Below, piece after piece: positions 1-12,704 of a DNA stretch of 64,000 nt. The stretch comes from Octopus vulgaris (Eukaryota), in assembly GCA_951406725.2 (NCBI GenBank), contig OX597822.1:41292001-41356000 (forward strand), written 5' to 3'. A model generated the notes under the pieces. It saw only the letters and a list, made by a program, of their open reading frames with translations. It searched no databases and was not told the origin of the DNA. The stretch's first letter is position 1; each line of letters opens with the position of its first letter. The position numbers were made by a program, and so were the translations under genes.

Positions 1-171
1 CCGTTTTAACTATCAATGTATAGCGTCTATAATATTTACAGCGTCTCTAATATTCTTCCTTAAGTTCTTTTCATATGTGTGCGTAATATTCTGTTTCCTT
101 CTTAATTCTTAAATAGTTGTACATTTATACTTGGTGTAATTGTCTTGTTTTCTGTTTCTATATTTAGCATG

Positions 172-1389
172 AAGGCGACGAGCTGGTAGAAACGTTAGCA
201 CGCCGGGCGAAATGCTTAGCAGTATTTCGTCTGCCGTTGCGTTCTGAGTTCAAATTCCGCCGAGGTCGACTTTGCCTTTCATCCTTTCGGGGTAGGTAAA
301 TTAAGTACCACTTAATTATCACTGAGGTTGATTCTTTCCACTAAAAGTTCTTGAAGGCGGTGTCTCAGCATAGCCGCAGTCTAATGACTGAAACAAATAA
401 AACAAAATTAAAAAAAGAAAAGAAATAAAAGATGATATTAGAGTGTATTTCGTTTTTTATTAATTTCTTATCTTCATGGCTGCATTGGTTCATTGTTCCT
501 GACAGGATTCTCATAGGAATTCTTTTAGGGACAGGTTTGTTGAAATATTTCTAGTTGAGTTAGGCGGCGAGCAGGCAGAAACGTTAGCACGCCGGGCGAA
601 ATGCGTAGCCGTATTTCGTCTGTCGTTACGTTGTGAGTTCAAATTCCGCCGAGGTCGACTTTGCCTTTCATCCTTTTGGGGTCGATAAATTAAGTACCAG
701 TTACGCACTAGGGTCGATGTAATCGACTTAATACCTATGTCTGTCCTTGTTTGTCCCCTCTATGTTTAGCCCCTTGTGGATAATAAAGAAATAGGTATTT
801 CGTCTGCCGTTACGTTCTGAGTTCAAATTCCGCTGAGTTCGACTTTGCCTTTTCATCCTTTCGGAGTCGATAAATTAAGAACCACTTGCGTACTAGAGTC
901 GATCTAATCGACTGACCTCCTCCCCCAAAATTTCGGGCCTTGTGCCTAGAGAAGAAAAGAATATTTCTAGTTGACTAAGGCGGTGAGCTGGCAGAATCGT
1001 TTGAGCATCGGAGAAAATATTAAGCGGCATTTCGTCCGTCTTTATGTTCTTAGCTTAAATTCCGCCGAGGTCGACTTTGCCTTTCATCCTTTCGTGGTCT
1101 ACAAATTAAGTACCAGTTACACACTGGAGTCGATGTAATCGATTTAATCCCTTTGTCTGTCTTTGTTTGTCCCCTCGATGTTTAGCCCCTTGTGGGCAAT
1201 AAAGAAATAAGAAACGTTAGCACGCCGGGCGAAATGCTTAACGATATTTCGTTCTGAGTTCAAATTCTGCCGAGGTCGATTTAGTCTTTCATCCTTTTGG
1301 TGTCGATAAATTAAGTACCAGTTGCGTACTGGTGTCGATCTAATCGACTGGCTTTGTGCCAAAAATGAGAAATCAATATTGCTAGTTGA
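172..1389 (+). mobile_element. Cluster of tRNA-derived SINE family A copies (head AAGGCGGCGAGCTGGCAGAA...)
   Basis: Repeated head with B-box-like GAGTTCAAATTCC and core GCCGAGGTCGACTTTGCCTTTCATCC; heads at ~172, ~561 and ~977 plus internal partial copies. Confidence 0.85.
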
Positions 1390-1524
1390 CTATCGCTTGA
1401 GGTATAAAACTTGAGGTAATCCAAGAACATAAGATGGTTGATTGTTTTGGCTTGGCATTTGTCGCCGCATCCATTAGAGTTCAAAATTTTGGCTAAACGT
1501 ATTAGAATCAGGCTAAAAAAGGTG

Positions 1525-1568
<44 letters not shown>

Positions 1569-1878
1569 GAGAGAGTGAGAGAGAGAGAGCGCAACAAATA
1601 CAAAGACTTAGAGAGAATGAAGAATATACAATAAAGTTTAAATCAAAATGGCGGTAAACGGTTTATTTTCAACAAAAACTTAGCAATATAGCATCTAGTG
1701 TCAATAAAAAGTATGACACTGTTATACACCAATAAAATATATACAGAGAAACAGAAACAATCATGGCTATACATATATACATACATACATACATACATAC
1801 ATTTTCTTTGTGTGTGTGTGTGTGTGTGTGCATGTGTATATATGCATGAGTACACACCCACACAGATATATATGAATA

Positions 1879-1909
<31 letters not shown>

Positions 1910-2484
1910 CGTACATATAAATATAATGATATAGATTCATGTTTGTGGCAATGTAGTAGGTAAAAAAAGAGCGAATCTGTACTTACATACATACCAACAT
2001 ACATACATACATACATATGCACACACATGCGCGCGCACGCACTCACACATGTACGCACACACATATATATAGAAAGAGGAGCAAAGAGAATGAGAGAGAT
2101 AAATAATTATATACACATCCGCACACGCATACATCACTCATACACACTCACACATATATTTCATAGTTAACATACATGAAGCATAGACTTAATCCGTTGA
2201 CCAGTATAACACCCTTCACGGTCCTGAGGCCTGCTCCACCCTGCTATACGCATTTAATTTAGGTCTCCGTCCTGAGGGTATCTTCGTCCCCTCCTCCAAT
2301 TATTTACGAAGAATCTGTGAAGGATCAATGTTGCTACTCGTTCTTCTCTAATTAATCCATTAATAAACAACATAAAGACTTAAAAAATTGCACCGATTTC
2401 TATTATATTATATTAACAAGCGTATATAAATATATACATCCTTTTGTTTTTATTAACACAATTTCACATATACATAACATAATG

Positions 2485-2573
<89 letters not shown>

Positions 2574-2749
2574 TGTATATATGTATTTTTGTATGTTCAT
2601 GGTTTATATAAACATCCACACTTACATTCAGGCACACACATACACAAACATACATCTTGTGTATGTATATGCATGTACGTTGTTATGACTGTGTTGGCAT
2701 GTTTGCTATCTATCTATCTATCCGAAACGAGGACTTTTGAAAAATAACC

Positions 2750-2828
2750 ACAAGTGTAATAGGTAGAACTATATACATGTCCGACCTAATGCGGACGTTT
2801 CGTGTATAGTTCTGCAAATTATACTTGT
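2750..2828 (+). ncRNA. Candidate pri-miRNA-like hairpin
   Basis: 11-bp + 14-bp + 7-bp stem with an 8-nt loop; all four non-Watson-Crick stem pairs are G-U on the + strand; CGAC (CNNC) lies 17 nt after the predicted 3' Drosha cut. Confidence 0.3.
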
Positions 2829-3071
2829 AATGACGACCATACTGAAGATCTACGGACAAATTGCGTAGGTAAAATTACGTAACTGTTAATAGTGAAACAT
2901 GCTTATAGTTAATCTATATTATTGCTACTTTTCATTTTTTCTTCTTTTTGCTTATGTGAGTTACAAATATTCTTATTTGCGGAGTCATATCTGTAGTGAA
3001 AAGGAATTAGCTGTCTTTGGCTGCTATTTCTAAATTTTCGGTATGTGGTGAAGCAACTTGTTGCTAAACCC

Positions 3072-3125
<54 letters not shown>

Positions 3126-4526
3126 CTTGTTTCAGTCATTGGAATGCAACCATGCCGATGCTGGGGTACAGTCTTGAAGTGAATTTATATATTAGATTTA
3201 TTGGGATTTAAAAATCCAGCGGGCACCTCAATCAACGCTCCTGCGGATTTTGGCTAGCAACAGAGTACATAGAAATGGACTGTTTTTCTTAAAGGAAACT
3301 GTTGCACACAAACTGAAATTACAGGAAGTATTTGTTAGTTGCAGAGTGCTATTAGAGCAAGTCCATAAATGGCGGTATTCATTCCTTCATTACAATCGCT
3401 TCAACAATTAATGTTTCTAATACATCATGAATGTAAATGATGATCATGTAATTTATTGCAATGTGTTATAATCATTATTTATATTCGTGATGTATCTGAA
3501 CCATATATTGTTGAAACGATCGGAATGAAGGAATGTATATAATAGTAATAGCATCATTTTTTAAACTTTATATATATATATGCAGATAAGTGGGACAAAA
3601 CATCTTTTATCATACAAACACTTGAATGAGTGAAAACCGGAGAAATAAAAGTGTATAATAATAACTGCCGCTGTAGGGAACTTTGTTGCTACCAGGTCGA
3701 GCAAGCGAAATTTGAGCGCAAAAACTTGGACTGATGTCCGCTGGAGAAATACAAGCAGTTGTTTGTAAGACGATCCTACTTCTAAGAAGGGATGTCAGCC
3801 AAACGACCACTGGGTGGTGGCGCTGATACTGGCGCTAATATGCAAGGGAACTACATGGAGTGGGTTTACTTGAGCCTTCCTTGTTATTGCTAGCGATTAA
3901 GGAACTACCTGAAGCGGACTGAACTTCCTCCTTGGAATTTCAAAAAGTGACTACAGAATGAGATGATGCCTGTTGTATACTCTTGTACAGACGTTCATCA
4001 AGCCTACCACCGTAGATGCTGTCCAATCAGAACAATAGACCTGGTAGGAGTAAAAGAATATGTTTTGAAACCATATTTGCTTATCAAACACTGGGTCAAT
4101 ATCATGTGACTTACAGTGTATCATCCAAATGGTAACTAGACACCACAATAATAGATTCCAACCACACCCTTATACAGCGTTTCAGCAATGACAAAGATGG
4201 TGATGGTAGAATTTTTTTTGGCAAAGCACTAGAACGCAGAGAATCTGAGAATCTTTAAGGCAGACGCCTTCTCCAAACCGCAGAAGTGAGTTGGAAACGT
4301 AGAGATATATATTCAGTCGCACCGAAAACCAGAAGGGGATGTTGCCTCCGAATTATTGATAAGAACGAATATAAGTGAATAGGTTTGAAATTGCTGACAA
4401 TAAAATTCAAAGCAAATTCTTAAATAAGGTCTCTTAAGTCATCAAGAATTTGTTTGTTTGCTTGTTCTACAATCACTCCTTCGGAATAAATTGTTTATTC
4501 AACACGTCTCCTACACAACAGCACCG

Positions 4527-4567
<41 letters not shown>

Positions 4568-4625
4568 CATACATACATACATACATACATGCATACATAC
4601 ATACATACATACATACATACATACA

Positions 4626-4658
<33 letters not shown>

Positions 4659-4817
4659 TTATACATACATACATACATACATACATACTTTGACTGATTG
4701 AGTGATTGACTGATTGATTGACAGATAAAGAGACAGATAAACAACAAACAGGTGGACATGCTTGTATATGTGTGTGTTATGTGTATATTTTGACATATGA
4801 CACAACATTGAAACCAC

Positions 4818-4875
<58 letters not shown>

Positions 4876-4892
4876 TACATATATATATATGC

Positions 4893-4946
<54 letters not shown>

Positions 4947-5129
4947 GACAAATTTCATTTATAATGTGGGTCGAGTTAATTTCATGATTATTATTCCCAG
5001 CTCGTAACCTCATTATCTTTGCTGCTGCAGTTGCTGCCGTTGTTGCTCTCATCATTATCACTTTAACAACGACTCGGCTGATACACAAGCCATCCTCTCA
5101 GACATTGTCAAAGCCATTCCTTCTTTTTC

Positions 5130-5160
<31 letters not shown>

Positions 5161-5990
5161 TCTCCCCTCACCCTTCTACTCCCCTCTCATCCAGGAAGTT
5201 CTTTGCCTTGTGTCCCCTCTTCTCCTCCGCCTCTTCTTCCTTGAAGTGCGTGTTCATGTCGGCAAACGTCCGAATATCGTATTTATTAAAGGAGACGGAG
5301 CTGAAATGATGACCAGAATAAGAATATGGATGAAAGAGGAAAGAGAGCGGGGGGAGAGGGAGAGAAATTATGCGAGGGAGAGAGTGAAAGAAGAAGAAGA
5401 GAGAGAGAGAGAGAGAGAGAATCTGTGTGAGAGAGGGAGGGAGAGAGATGAAATGAAATCATTCAGTTTCCTCTTTTTCCTCCTTTGTTATAAATTTTAT
5501 CATAGTTGTTCATTGTTTTGTTTATGTTGTTGGTGTGGAGGTTGTTATTGTGTATGTTATTGTTGCTGCAGTTGTTGTGGTTGTTATTATTGCGTTTGTT
5601 GTTGTTGTTGTTGTTGAAGCTATTGTAGTTGTTGATACGGATATAGTTTCCATTACGCTTATTTTTTTATTTTTGTTTTGCTTTTCTGTTATTTCCATTC
5701 TTTGTTCAAAGTGTTGTTGTTTGTGTTGCTGTGGTTGTTTTTTTGTTTTCACTGATTAATTAAATGTTGTTTCCTTTTTGTTTTTGTTCATATTGTCAAT
5801 TGTTTTTTTGTCAATATTGCTGTTGTTTTTCACTTTAGATTATATGTTAATGTTGTTGTTACAGCTGTTATCGTGGTAATAGTTGTTTTGCTGCTGCGGC
5901 TGCTGATGTAGTAGTTCTTGTTGTTTGTTGTTGTTGTTGTTTAAATTTACATTTTTGAAGTGAGTCTCCTGCTGCGGCAGTTGATAACGT

Positions 5991-6520
5991 CTAAACCTGG
6001 AGAAACAGTTTTGTTTCACTGCCAGACGATGATCTGTCGCTTTCTGAACAATGGCTGATCAAGTCTCTGTTATTACAAACTGATTTCGACAATGATGAAC
6101 CGGAAGTTGCAGCTTCTGCTGCCACCGCTGCCACGGCGGAAGCTGCCGTCGCAGCGGCACTAGTAGCGCAGCCTGAGTTGCTTTCCGTCGTATTAACTGC
6201 AGGTTGTGACTTGGAATTTCGCGAAGGTAAATCCATAACTGAATGTTTGCCTCTGTGAATGCCATTGACATCAAAATGGTCATTGGTTGAGCTGGGGTTG
6301 CTGACTCCGGAGGCAGGAGACTGGAAACTGTTATATTCTGTCCGTTGTCGAAGCAAATAAAGGGCGAACACTATCAGGGCTAACAAAATGCACACTCCGA
6401 CTAAAGGTATAGCGATGTACATCGGGTTCACACTCCTTGTGTTCGGACGACTAACGGCTTGTAGGTGGGACATAGGGTAGACAGTGGAGGGTCTACCACT
6501 CGCTGGACTTGAAACCGTAA
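5991..6520 (-). CDS. BAMBI: Terminal coding exon of BAMBI-like gene: stalk, transmembrane helix and kinase-less cytoplasmic tail
   Basis: Acceptor tattttacAG at 6522-6521; phase 1 joins in frame with the upstream exon (A|TT = Ile). TM YIAIPLVGVCILLALIVFALYLLRQR resembles the vertebrate BAMBI TM (VIAVPIAGGLILVLLIMLALRMLR, from memory). No GS box or kinase domain; ends ...ETKLFLQV-TAG. Confidence 0.85.
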
Positions 6521-7492
6521 CTGTAAAATACATATAAAGACGTCTTGAAAATCATACATAAAAATGTAGCATAAATGTTCAAGATTAACAAATACCAGGT
6601 GAGATTACTGTCTTAAATCTAATTAAAGTCTTGTTATTTTATGGAAGGTATCCATGACTATCCTTACAGGTAATTTGTCGATGTCCTTACAGAAATGGCT
6701 GTTGTGTCATTCCAGTGGTACCAAAAACAAATCCGATTATAAAAAATACAGTCGTTAACTGCTATAATCTTTTTAGTTCAACAGTTAAGTTGATAGTTCA
6801 TCGTTTTTCAGCTCGTCTTTACACAACTCTATGGTCATTTGGAGCTGCTAATCCGATAATCAAAACGTTTTTGTCAATTTTGCAACAAACACTGTCATCC
6901 ATATTACAAGTCATATTATACAAAATCTTTATGTTAAAGTTCGATAATATTTTCACAATGACATTTTTAAAAAACAAACGCTGGTCTAGATGAGTTTAAG
7001 AGAGCATTTTGTTGCAGCAGCTAAAATTTGGTGTATGTCAAAAAAAAATCTGATAATTATTGTGGCTTTAAAATAAGTGTGAGACATCGTTGATACAATG
7101 TAGTTTATTGTCTCAGGAAAAGCCCCACATTTGTCATCTGGTAATGTATCTTGGTTTTATATTTAGAGGGGTAGAGAATGTGACTTGGCCATTTTAGGCA
7201 GTGTCATAAATTACGTCGAGTAGAATGGATTGAGCTCTTTCTTCCGCCTTTCTGCACGCTGGATTCAAGTCCTACTGTCGTTAGCTTTGCCTTTCAGAAT
7301 CGATGAAAAATAACCAATCAGGTGCTCTCTCTCTCTATCTCTCTCCCACTATCTCTCTCTCCCACTATCTCTCTCTCCCTCTATCTCTCTCTCCTTCTCT
7401 CATACACACACACTCACGCACACACGCACTCATCCGCTTTCTCGCTTTCCCTTATTTCCTTCTCACACTTTATACACGTACACACACTCGCG

Positions 7493-7546
<54 letters not shown>

Positions 7547-7595
7547 GAGATAGACAGACAGACAGACAGATAGTTAGATAGTTAGATAGATAGAT

Positions 7596-7638
<43 letters not shown>

Positions 7639-7677
7639 GGCAGACAGACAGACAGACAGGCAGGCAGGCAGGCAGGC

Positions 7678-7746
<69 letters not shown>

Positions 7747-7778
7747 TATAGATAGATGGATGGATGGATGGATGGATG

Positions 7779-7872
<94 letters not shown>

Positions 7873-7873
7873 C

Positions 7874-8036
7874 AGAAAATGGAATAAACGACGTTCTTTA
7901 TTTTTAAACCACAATTGTTTCGACACATGCTTACAGCAGTGGTACATTGGTGAGAGGTTGTGTACTACAGGTGAAAAAATGTGTCGAAACAATTGTAGAG
8001 ATTTAAAAATAAAGAATGCTGTTCATTCCATTTTCT
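7874..8036. repeat. Foldback inverted repeat (~55-bp arms) carrying GAAACAATTGT
   Basis: 7874-7928 is an imperfect reverse complement of 7979-8036; sits beside a (GATA)n tract. Confidence 0.8.
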
Positions 8037-8261
8037 ATCATCTATTCGTTAACATAAACTCTACGGATACTATGGATCTCTTGGTATATATCCAGTAGCA
8101 GAAGCATTTCCACTGTATGATGACATCAGGTAGCCATTATCTGTGGACGGGCTTTGCATAGCATTCTACAAGGTTTCTACCCGAATCTTATTTAACTCTC
8201 TCTCTCTCTCTCTACATATGTGTGTTGTTTTATCCTTTATCCTTTATGAGGAACAGTTGTT

Positions 8262-8560
8262 TGTTCCTTCTCGAGCCACGCCTGGCTCATAAGGGCCGGT
8301 TTCCCGGTTTCCTTGGCGTATAGGTTCCCCACCTGGACGGGACGCCGGTCCGTCACAGATGAGCTGTCAGATGCAGGAGGAAAGAGTGAGAGAAAGTTGT
8401 GGCGAAAGAGTCAGCAGAAGATCGCTATTACCTTCTGCCGGAGCCACGTGGAGCTTAGGTGTTTCGCTCATAAACACACACATCGTCCGGTCTGAGATTC
8501 GAACCCACGATCTCTCGACCGCGAGTCCGCTGCTCTACCACTTGGCCATGTGCCTCCACA
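8262..8560 (-). mobile_element. tRNA-derived SINE family C
   Basis: Reverse complement of the copies at 47875 and 50529; A box TGGCCAAGTGG, B box GGTTCGAATC, 3' GACCGGCGTCCCGTCCAGG. Confidence 0.85.
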
Positions 8561-8956
8561 CATATGTGTGAGTGCGTGTGTGTATGGAATTTGGCAACGT
8601 TTCACCGTGTTAAATGTCAAAGGAGGCCACTCACTAGATCCATTTCCCCAGAAACAGAGAGGAGTTGAGCGAGAAGCTGGTAGCTTGTCATCATTGGGGA
8701 AAAAAAAAGAATGATACGTTACTAGACCCGACATAGAGAGTATGATTTAAGAAAAAAACAAGGGAGTACGATTTGGTTGCTACTTCTAGCATAATAAATA
8801 TTACAATTAAAGTTTGTAGTAATTTATGTGAATTGTTTCTAAAACGACAAATATTTAAGAAAGTTATGGTGAGTTCTTAACATGTAGGTCCCTCTCTCTC
8901 TGGTATAGCCCTCTCCTCTATAATAAACAAACAAATAAAAACAACTATGTACTTAC

Positions 8957-9232
8957 TCTTGTTGTTGGTGGGCAGCGTGGGTAAGACTTGCTGGTTACAG
9001 AAATCCTGTTCACAGCAATATAAATAGGGCCAAGGCTTATTAATCCGAATATTTTCTGGTCGTCTGTTCTCACAGAGTAGCGATGCTTTTGTGTCTATGC
9101 AACCCCTTAGAACGGAGCCTGTCTGTTTGCCGTTATCGTCAACATGTATTTCCACGTAACAAGCATATTTTGCTGTACAGCTCTCTGTTCGTTCTTGGCG
9201 ACATTCTTTTGTGCTACACTTGCATTCAATAG
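8957..9232 (-). CDS. BAMBI: Internal exon of BAMBI-like gene (BMP and activin membrane-bound inhibitor): activin-receptor-type I three-finger ectodomain
   Basis: Acceptor ctctctgtctttcgcAG and donor GTAAGT; 276 nt, phase 1 at both ends. Translates IECKCSTKECRQERTESCTAKYACYVEIHVDDNGKQTGSVLRGCIDTKASLLCENRRPENIRINKPWPYLYCCEQDFCNQQVLPTLPTNNK: 10 Cys, a CxC start and a CCx4CN box, as in BAMBI/type I receptor ectodomains. Confidence 0.88.
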
Positions 9233-9340
9233 CTGCGAAAGACAGAGAGAACGATAGAACGATATCATATTAGAATTTTCATTCACGTGTGTGTGTGTGT
9301 TGTTAATTTATCAGGGTTTTTTAATATCTATTATTATTAT

Positions 9341-9846
9341 TTTATGTTTGACTTTTGCTTTACATTTGTACAACTTGGCTCCAAGTCTCACCTAGAGACC
9401 TCAAGAGACAACAAGTTGGAAGTTCATGCTGGTGTTATACCTAGGGTGCCATATATTTGGTTTTGTACATAGTGTTGTTAAAGAGAATGTTTAAGAAACC
9501 ATAAGAAAATTATGTTTATTTTAAAACTTGAGATTACATAGAAAGTATTTTGCGTAAGATATGAGCAGTTCCCATGAGCACTATCTTTTGAATTTCTGCC
9601 ATTTTGGGTTTCCTGGTATCTGAGCTAGGTAGCACTCAGCACCTTTTGCTATCATTCCCAGGGCACCTATGACAACAGGTATTGTTTTAGTCTTCAGGTT
9701 CCACATTTTGCTAATTTCTATTTCAAGATCTTTATATTTGTTCAGTTTTTGGTAGGTCTTGACAGATACGTTTATATCGATTGGGACAGTCATATCAATG
9801 AGGAAGCATGATTTTTGTCTGAAGTCTTTCAATATAATGTCTGGCT
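9341..9846 (-). mobile_element. 5'-truncated R4/Dong-like non-LTR retrotransposon (restriction-like endonuclease C-terminus plus 3' UTR)
   Basis: Translates PDIILKDFRQKSCFLIDMTVPIDINVSVKTYQKLNKYKDLEIEISKMWNLKTKTIPVVIGALG, a PD..D..K..KY RLE signature; flanked by (TAA)n, the known Dong target. Confidence 0.8.
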
Positions 9847-9874
9847 ATCATCATCATAATTATTATTATTATTA

Positions 9875-9905
<31 letters not shown>

Positions 9906-9917
9906 CATCATCATAAC

Positions 9918-9973
<56 letters not shown>

Positions 9974-10012
9974 ACTTCATCATCATCACCATCATCATCA
10001 TCACCATCGTCG

Positions 10013-10132
<120 letters not shown>

Positions 10133-10660
10133 GTGAGAGTGCCATGCATGCCTTCAAAGTGACAGTGGGGTAAAATATACGAAGCCCAATATACCCATCA
10201 TGATTAACCGTCTGATAAGGGTACACCAGGAACATGTATCACAGCCATATATGCACGACATGGTGATCTTATATCAAGACAAACAACTCATGATCCTGCA
10301 GGTGGGGCCCAGTTAAAGTCTTCTTCATGTCGAGTAGCCCATCCCACTCAAACGGTCCTTGAATAAGGGTTGTTTAAGGATGATATATGAAATATCCATG
10401 TTTCCAGAGATTAATTATTCACACCCCAAAGAATTACTCTCAATACATGGTTATGATGTTCCCCAACTATATCTGCTCGTGATCAGAGATGCACATATCG
10501 TCAGCCACCAAGGGACATGCTCAAATGGTTAAGGTCAGTTGAACAGAATATTTCCTGTAGCCCATCTTTTATGTCATAACAAAGCATGTGCAAGATAACA
10601 CTTCCAACCAGTTAAGATCAGAAGATATGAGAGTCACTGCCTAATACTGCATCAGTGCAT
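10133..10660. mobile_element. Non-autonomous interspersed repeat embedded in TAA/TCA microsatellite (copy 1)
   Basis: Colinear and similar to 10775-11201; bounded by (ATT)n and (CGT/CAT)n. Confidence 0.75.
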
Positions 10661-10740
<80 letters not shown>

Positions 10741-10774
10741 TATTATCATTCATTATTATTTTCATTATTATTGC

Positions 10775-11201
10775 GTGAGAGAGCGGCGCATACCATCGAA
10801 GTGATAGTGGGGTAAAATATACGAAGCCCAATATACCCATTATGAATACCCACCTGGTAAGGGTACACTAGGCACATGCATCACAACCATATGTGCGCGA
10901 CATTGTGATCTGAAATCAAGATAAACAGTGCATGACCTTGCAGGTGGAACCCAGTTAGAATTTTCTTCAGGTTGAGTAACCCATCCCACTCAAAAGGTCC
11001 CTGAATAAGGATTGTTTAAGGATGTTAAACAAAACATCCATGTTTCCAAAGGGGAATTATCCAAACCCCAAAGAATTACTCTGAACACACGGCTATGATG
11101 CTCCCCCACTACGTCTGTTCGTGATCAGAGATGCACATATCATCAGCCATCAAGGGACATGCTCAAATGGCTAAGGTCAAACAACTGACAAGCAAATCTG
11201 T
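10775..11201. mobile_element. Non-autonomous interspersed repeat (copy 2, shorter)
   Basis: Same orientation as, and homologous to, 10133-10660; followed by (ATT)n. Confidence 0.75.
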
Positions 11202-11205
11202 ATCC

Positions 11206-11278
<73 letters not shown>

Positions 11279-11291
11279 GTTGTTGTTGTTG

Positions 11292-11391
<100 letters not shown>

Positions 11392-11395
11392 ATAT

Positions 11396-11443
<48 letters not shown>

Positions 11444-11605
11444 CAGCAGCATTGTATGTTGTTGTTGTTGTTGTTATTCCTATTATTTCGCTTAAGCATA
11501 GCAATACTAATATCATGGTGTTAGAACTCAATATATATATATGATTCAGAACAAAGTGTCAATCGTGTACAGAGTAGCATTAAGGAATTACAATGAGCAT
11601 TTTTA

Positions 11606-11704
11606 TCCATTTGACACCGCTGGTCACAGCACGCTGTACACTCTTCTCTGGATCGTGCCTTTCTCATCCACGTGATCCCAATCGTCATCCTAAAATCGTA
11701 ACTT

Positions 11705-11752
<48 letters not shown>

Positions 11753-11994
11753 GAAATGAAGAAAATGCTGACAAATAATTGAAGTAATTTAAGTAATTTA
11801 ATTAGGTGAAAGTTCTTTTTACCGGTTGCGCATTTGTTATGCTTATCAAAATATTTTGATAAGCATAACAAATGCGCAACCGGTAAAAAGAACTTTCACC
11901 TAATTAAATTACTTAAATTACTTCAATTATTTGTCAGCATTTTCTTCATTTCCTTTTTTATATATCACCACTCGTGTTCGACATCTCCTTTTTT

Positions 11995-12040
<46 letters not shown>

Positions 12041-12158
12041 AAGTTAATATATATATAAGAAGTTACGATTTTAGGATGACGATTGGGATCACGTGGATGA
12101 GAAAGGCACGATCCAGAGAAGAGTGTACAGCGTGCTGTGACCAGCGGTGTCAAATGGA
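11606..12158. repeat. Large foldback palindrome; perfect spacer-less 210-bp core at 11748-11957
   Basis: Symmetry centre 11852/11853 (CAAAAT|ATTTTG). Outer arms 11606-~11710 and ~12050-12158 are also reverse complements. The ORF track gives the same N-terminal peptide on both strands. Confidence 0.95.
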
Positions 12159-12191
12159 CGCCCGACGGACTGGTCAGTCAAGGTGATCAAT

Positions 12192-12255
<64 letters not shown>

Positions 12256-12344
12256 TATATGTGTGTGTGTGTGTATTTGAGCGGAATGTGCTACTCAACC
12301 TGAAGAAGATTCAATAATAATAATAATAAGAATAAGAATAATAA

Positions 12345-12375
<31 letters not shown>

Positions 12376-12380
12376 AAGAA

Positions 12381-12640
12381 TATAGTGTCAGTTATTGTTG
12401 GGTTCTTGGGGACAGTATCAGAAGGCATCAAGAGGAATATAAAAGAAAATTAGTGTGCCCAGTAGAATAGTTCTACAAATGGTTTGCTTCCTTGGCAAGG
12501 CTAGAGTAATCAGAAAAGTATTACATAGTCGGAAAGAACAGATAGCATGGCACCGTAAGCTGCAGGCAGCAAGCCCGCCACGCATGCAAGGCTCCAGGAG
12601 TTCCAACAAAACCTGAATGAAAAAGAACAATAAAAATAAT
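12381..12640 (+). mobile_element. 3' remnant of an RLE-type (R4/Dong-like) LINE
   Basis: Translates IVSVIVGFLGTVSEGIKRNIKEI...QMVCFLGKARVIRKVL, like RLE LINE ORF C-termini; preceded by (TAA)/(GAA)n and ends in an A/TAA-rich tail. Confidence 0.6.
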
Positions 12641-12704
12641 AAACTTTTTACTATAGTCACACCGCCAGAAATATTTTAGGGCAGGGTAATGGTAAATTAC
12701 ATTG

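Noticed and set aside
4080-4140. LTVYHPNGN resembling the LTR integrase T.YHP.GNG motif
   Set aside because: Flanked by stops, with no other integrase motifs or LTRs recognised.
5105-5759. + strand ORFs with hydrophobic or Cys-rich stretches
   Set aside because: Low-complexity CTC/GA/GTT repeats downstream of the BAMBI-like stop; more likely 3' UTR or flank.
6521-6533. ATG start of the 180-aa ORF
   Set aside because: Lies within the intron acceptor region; the exon starts at 6520.
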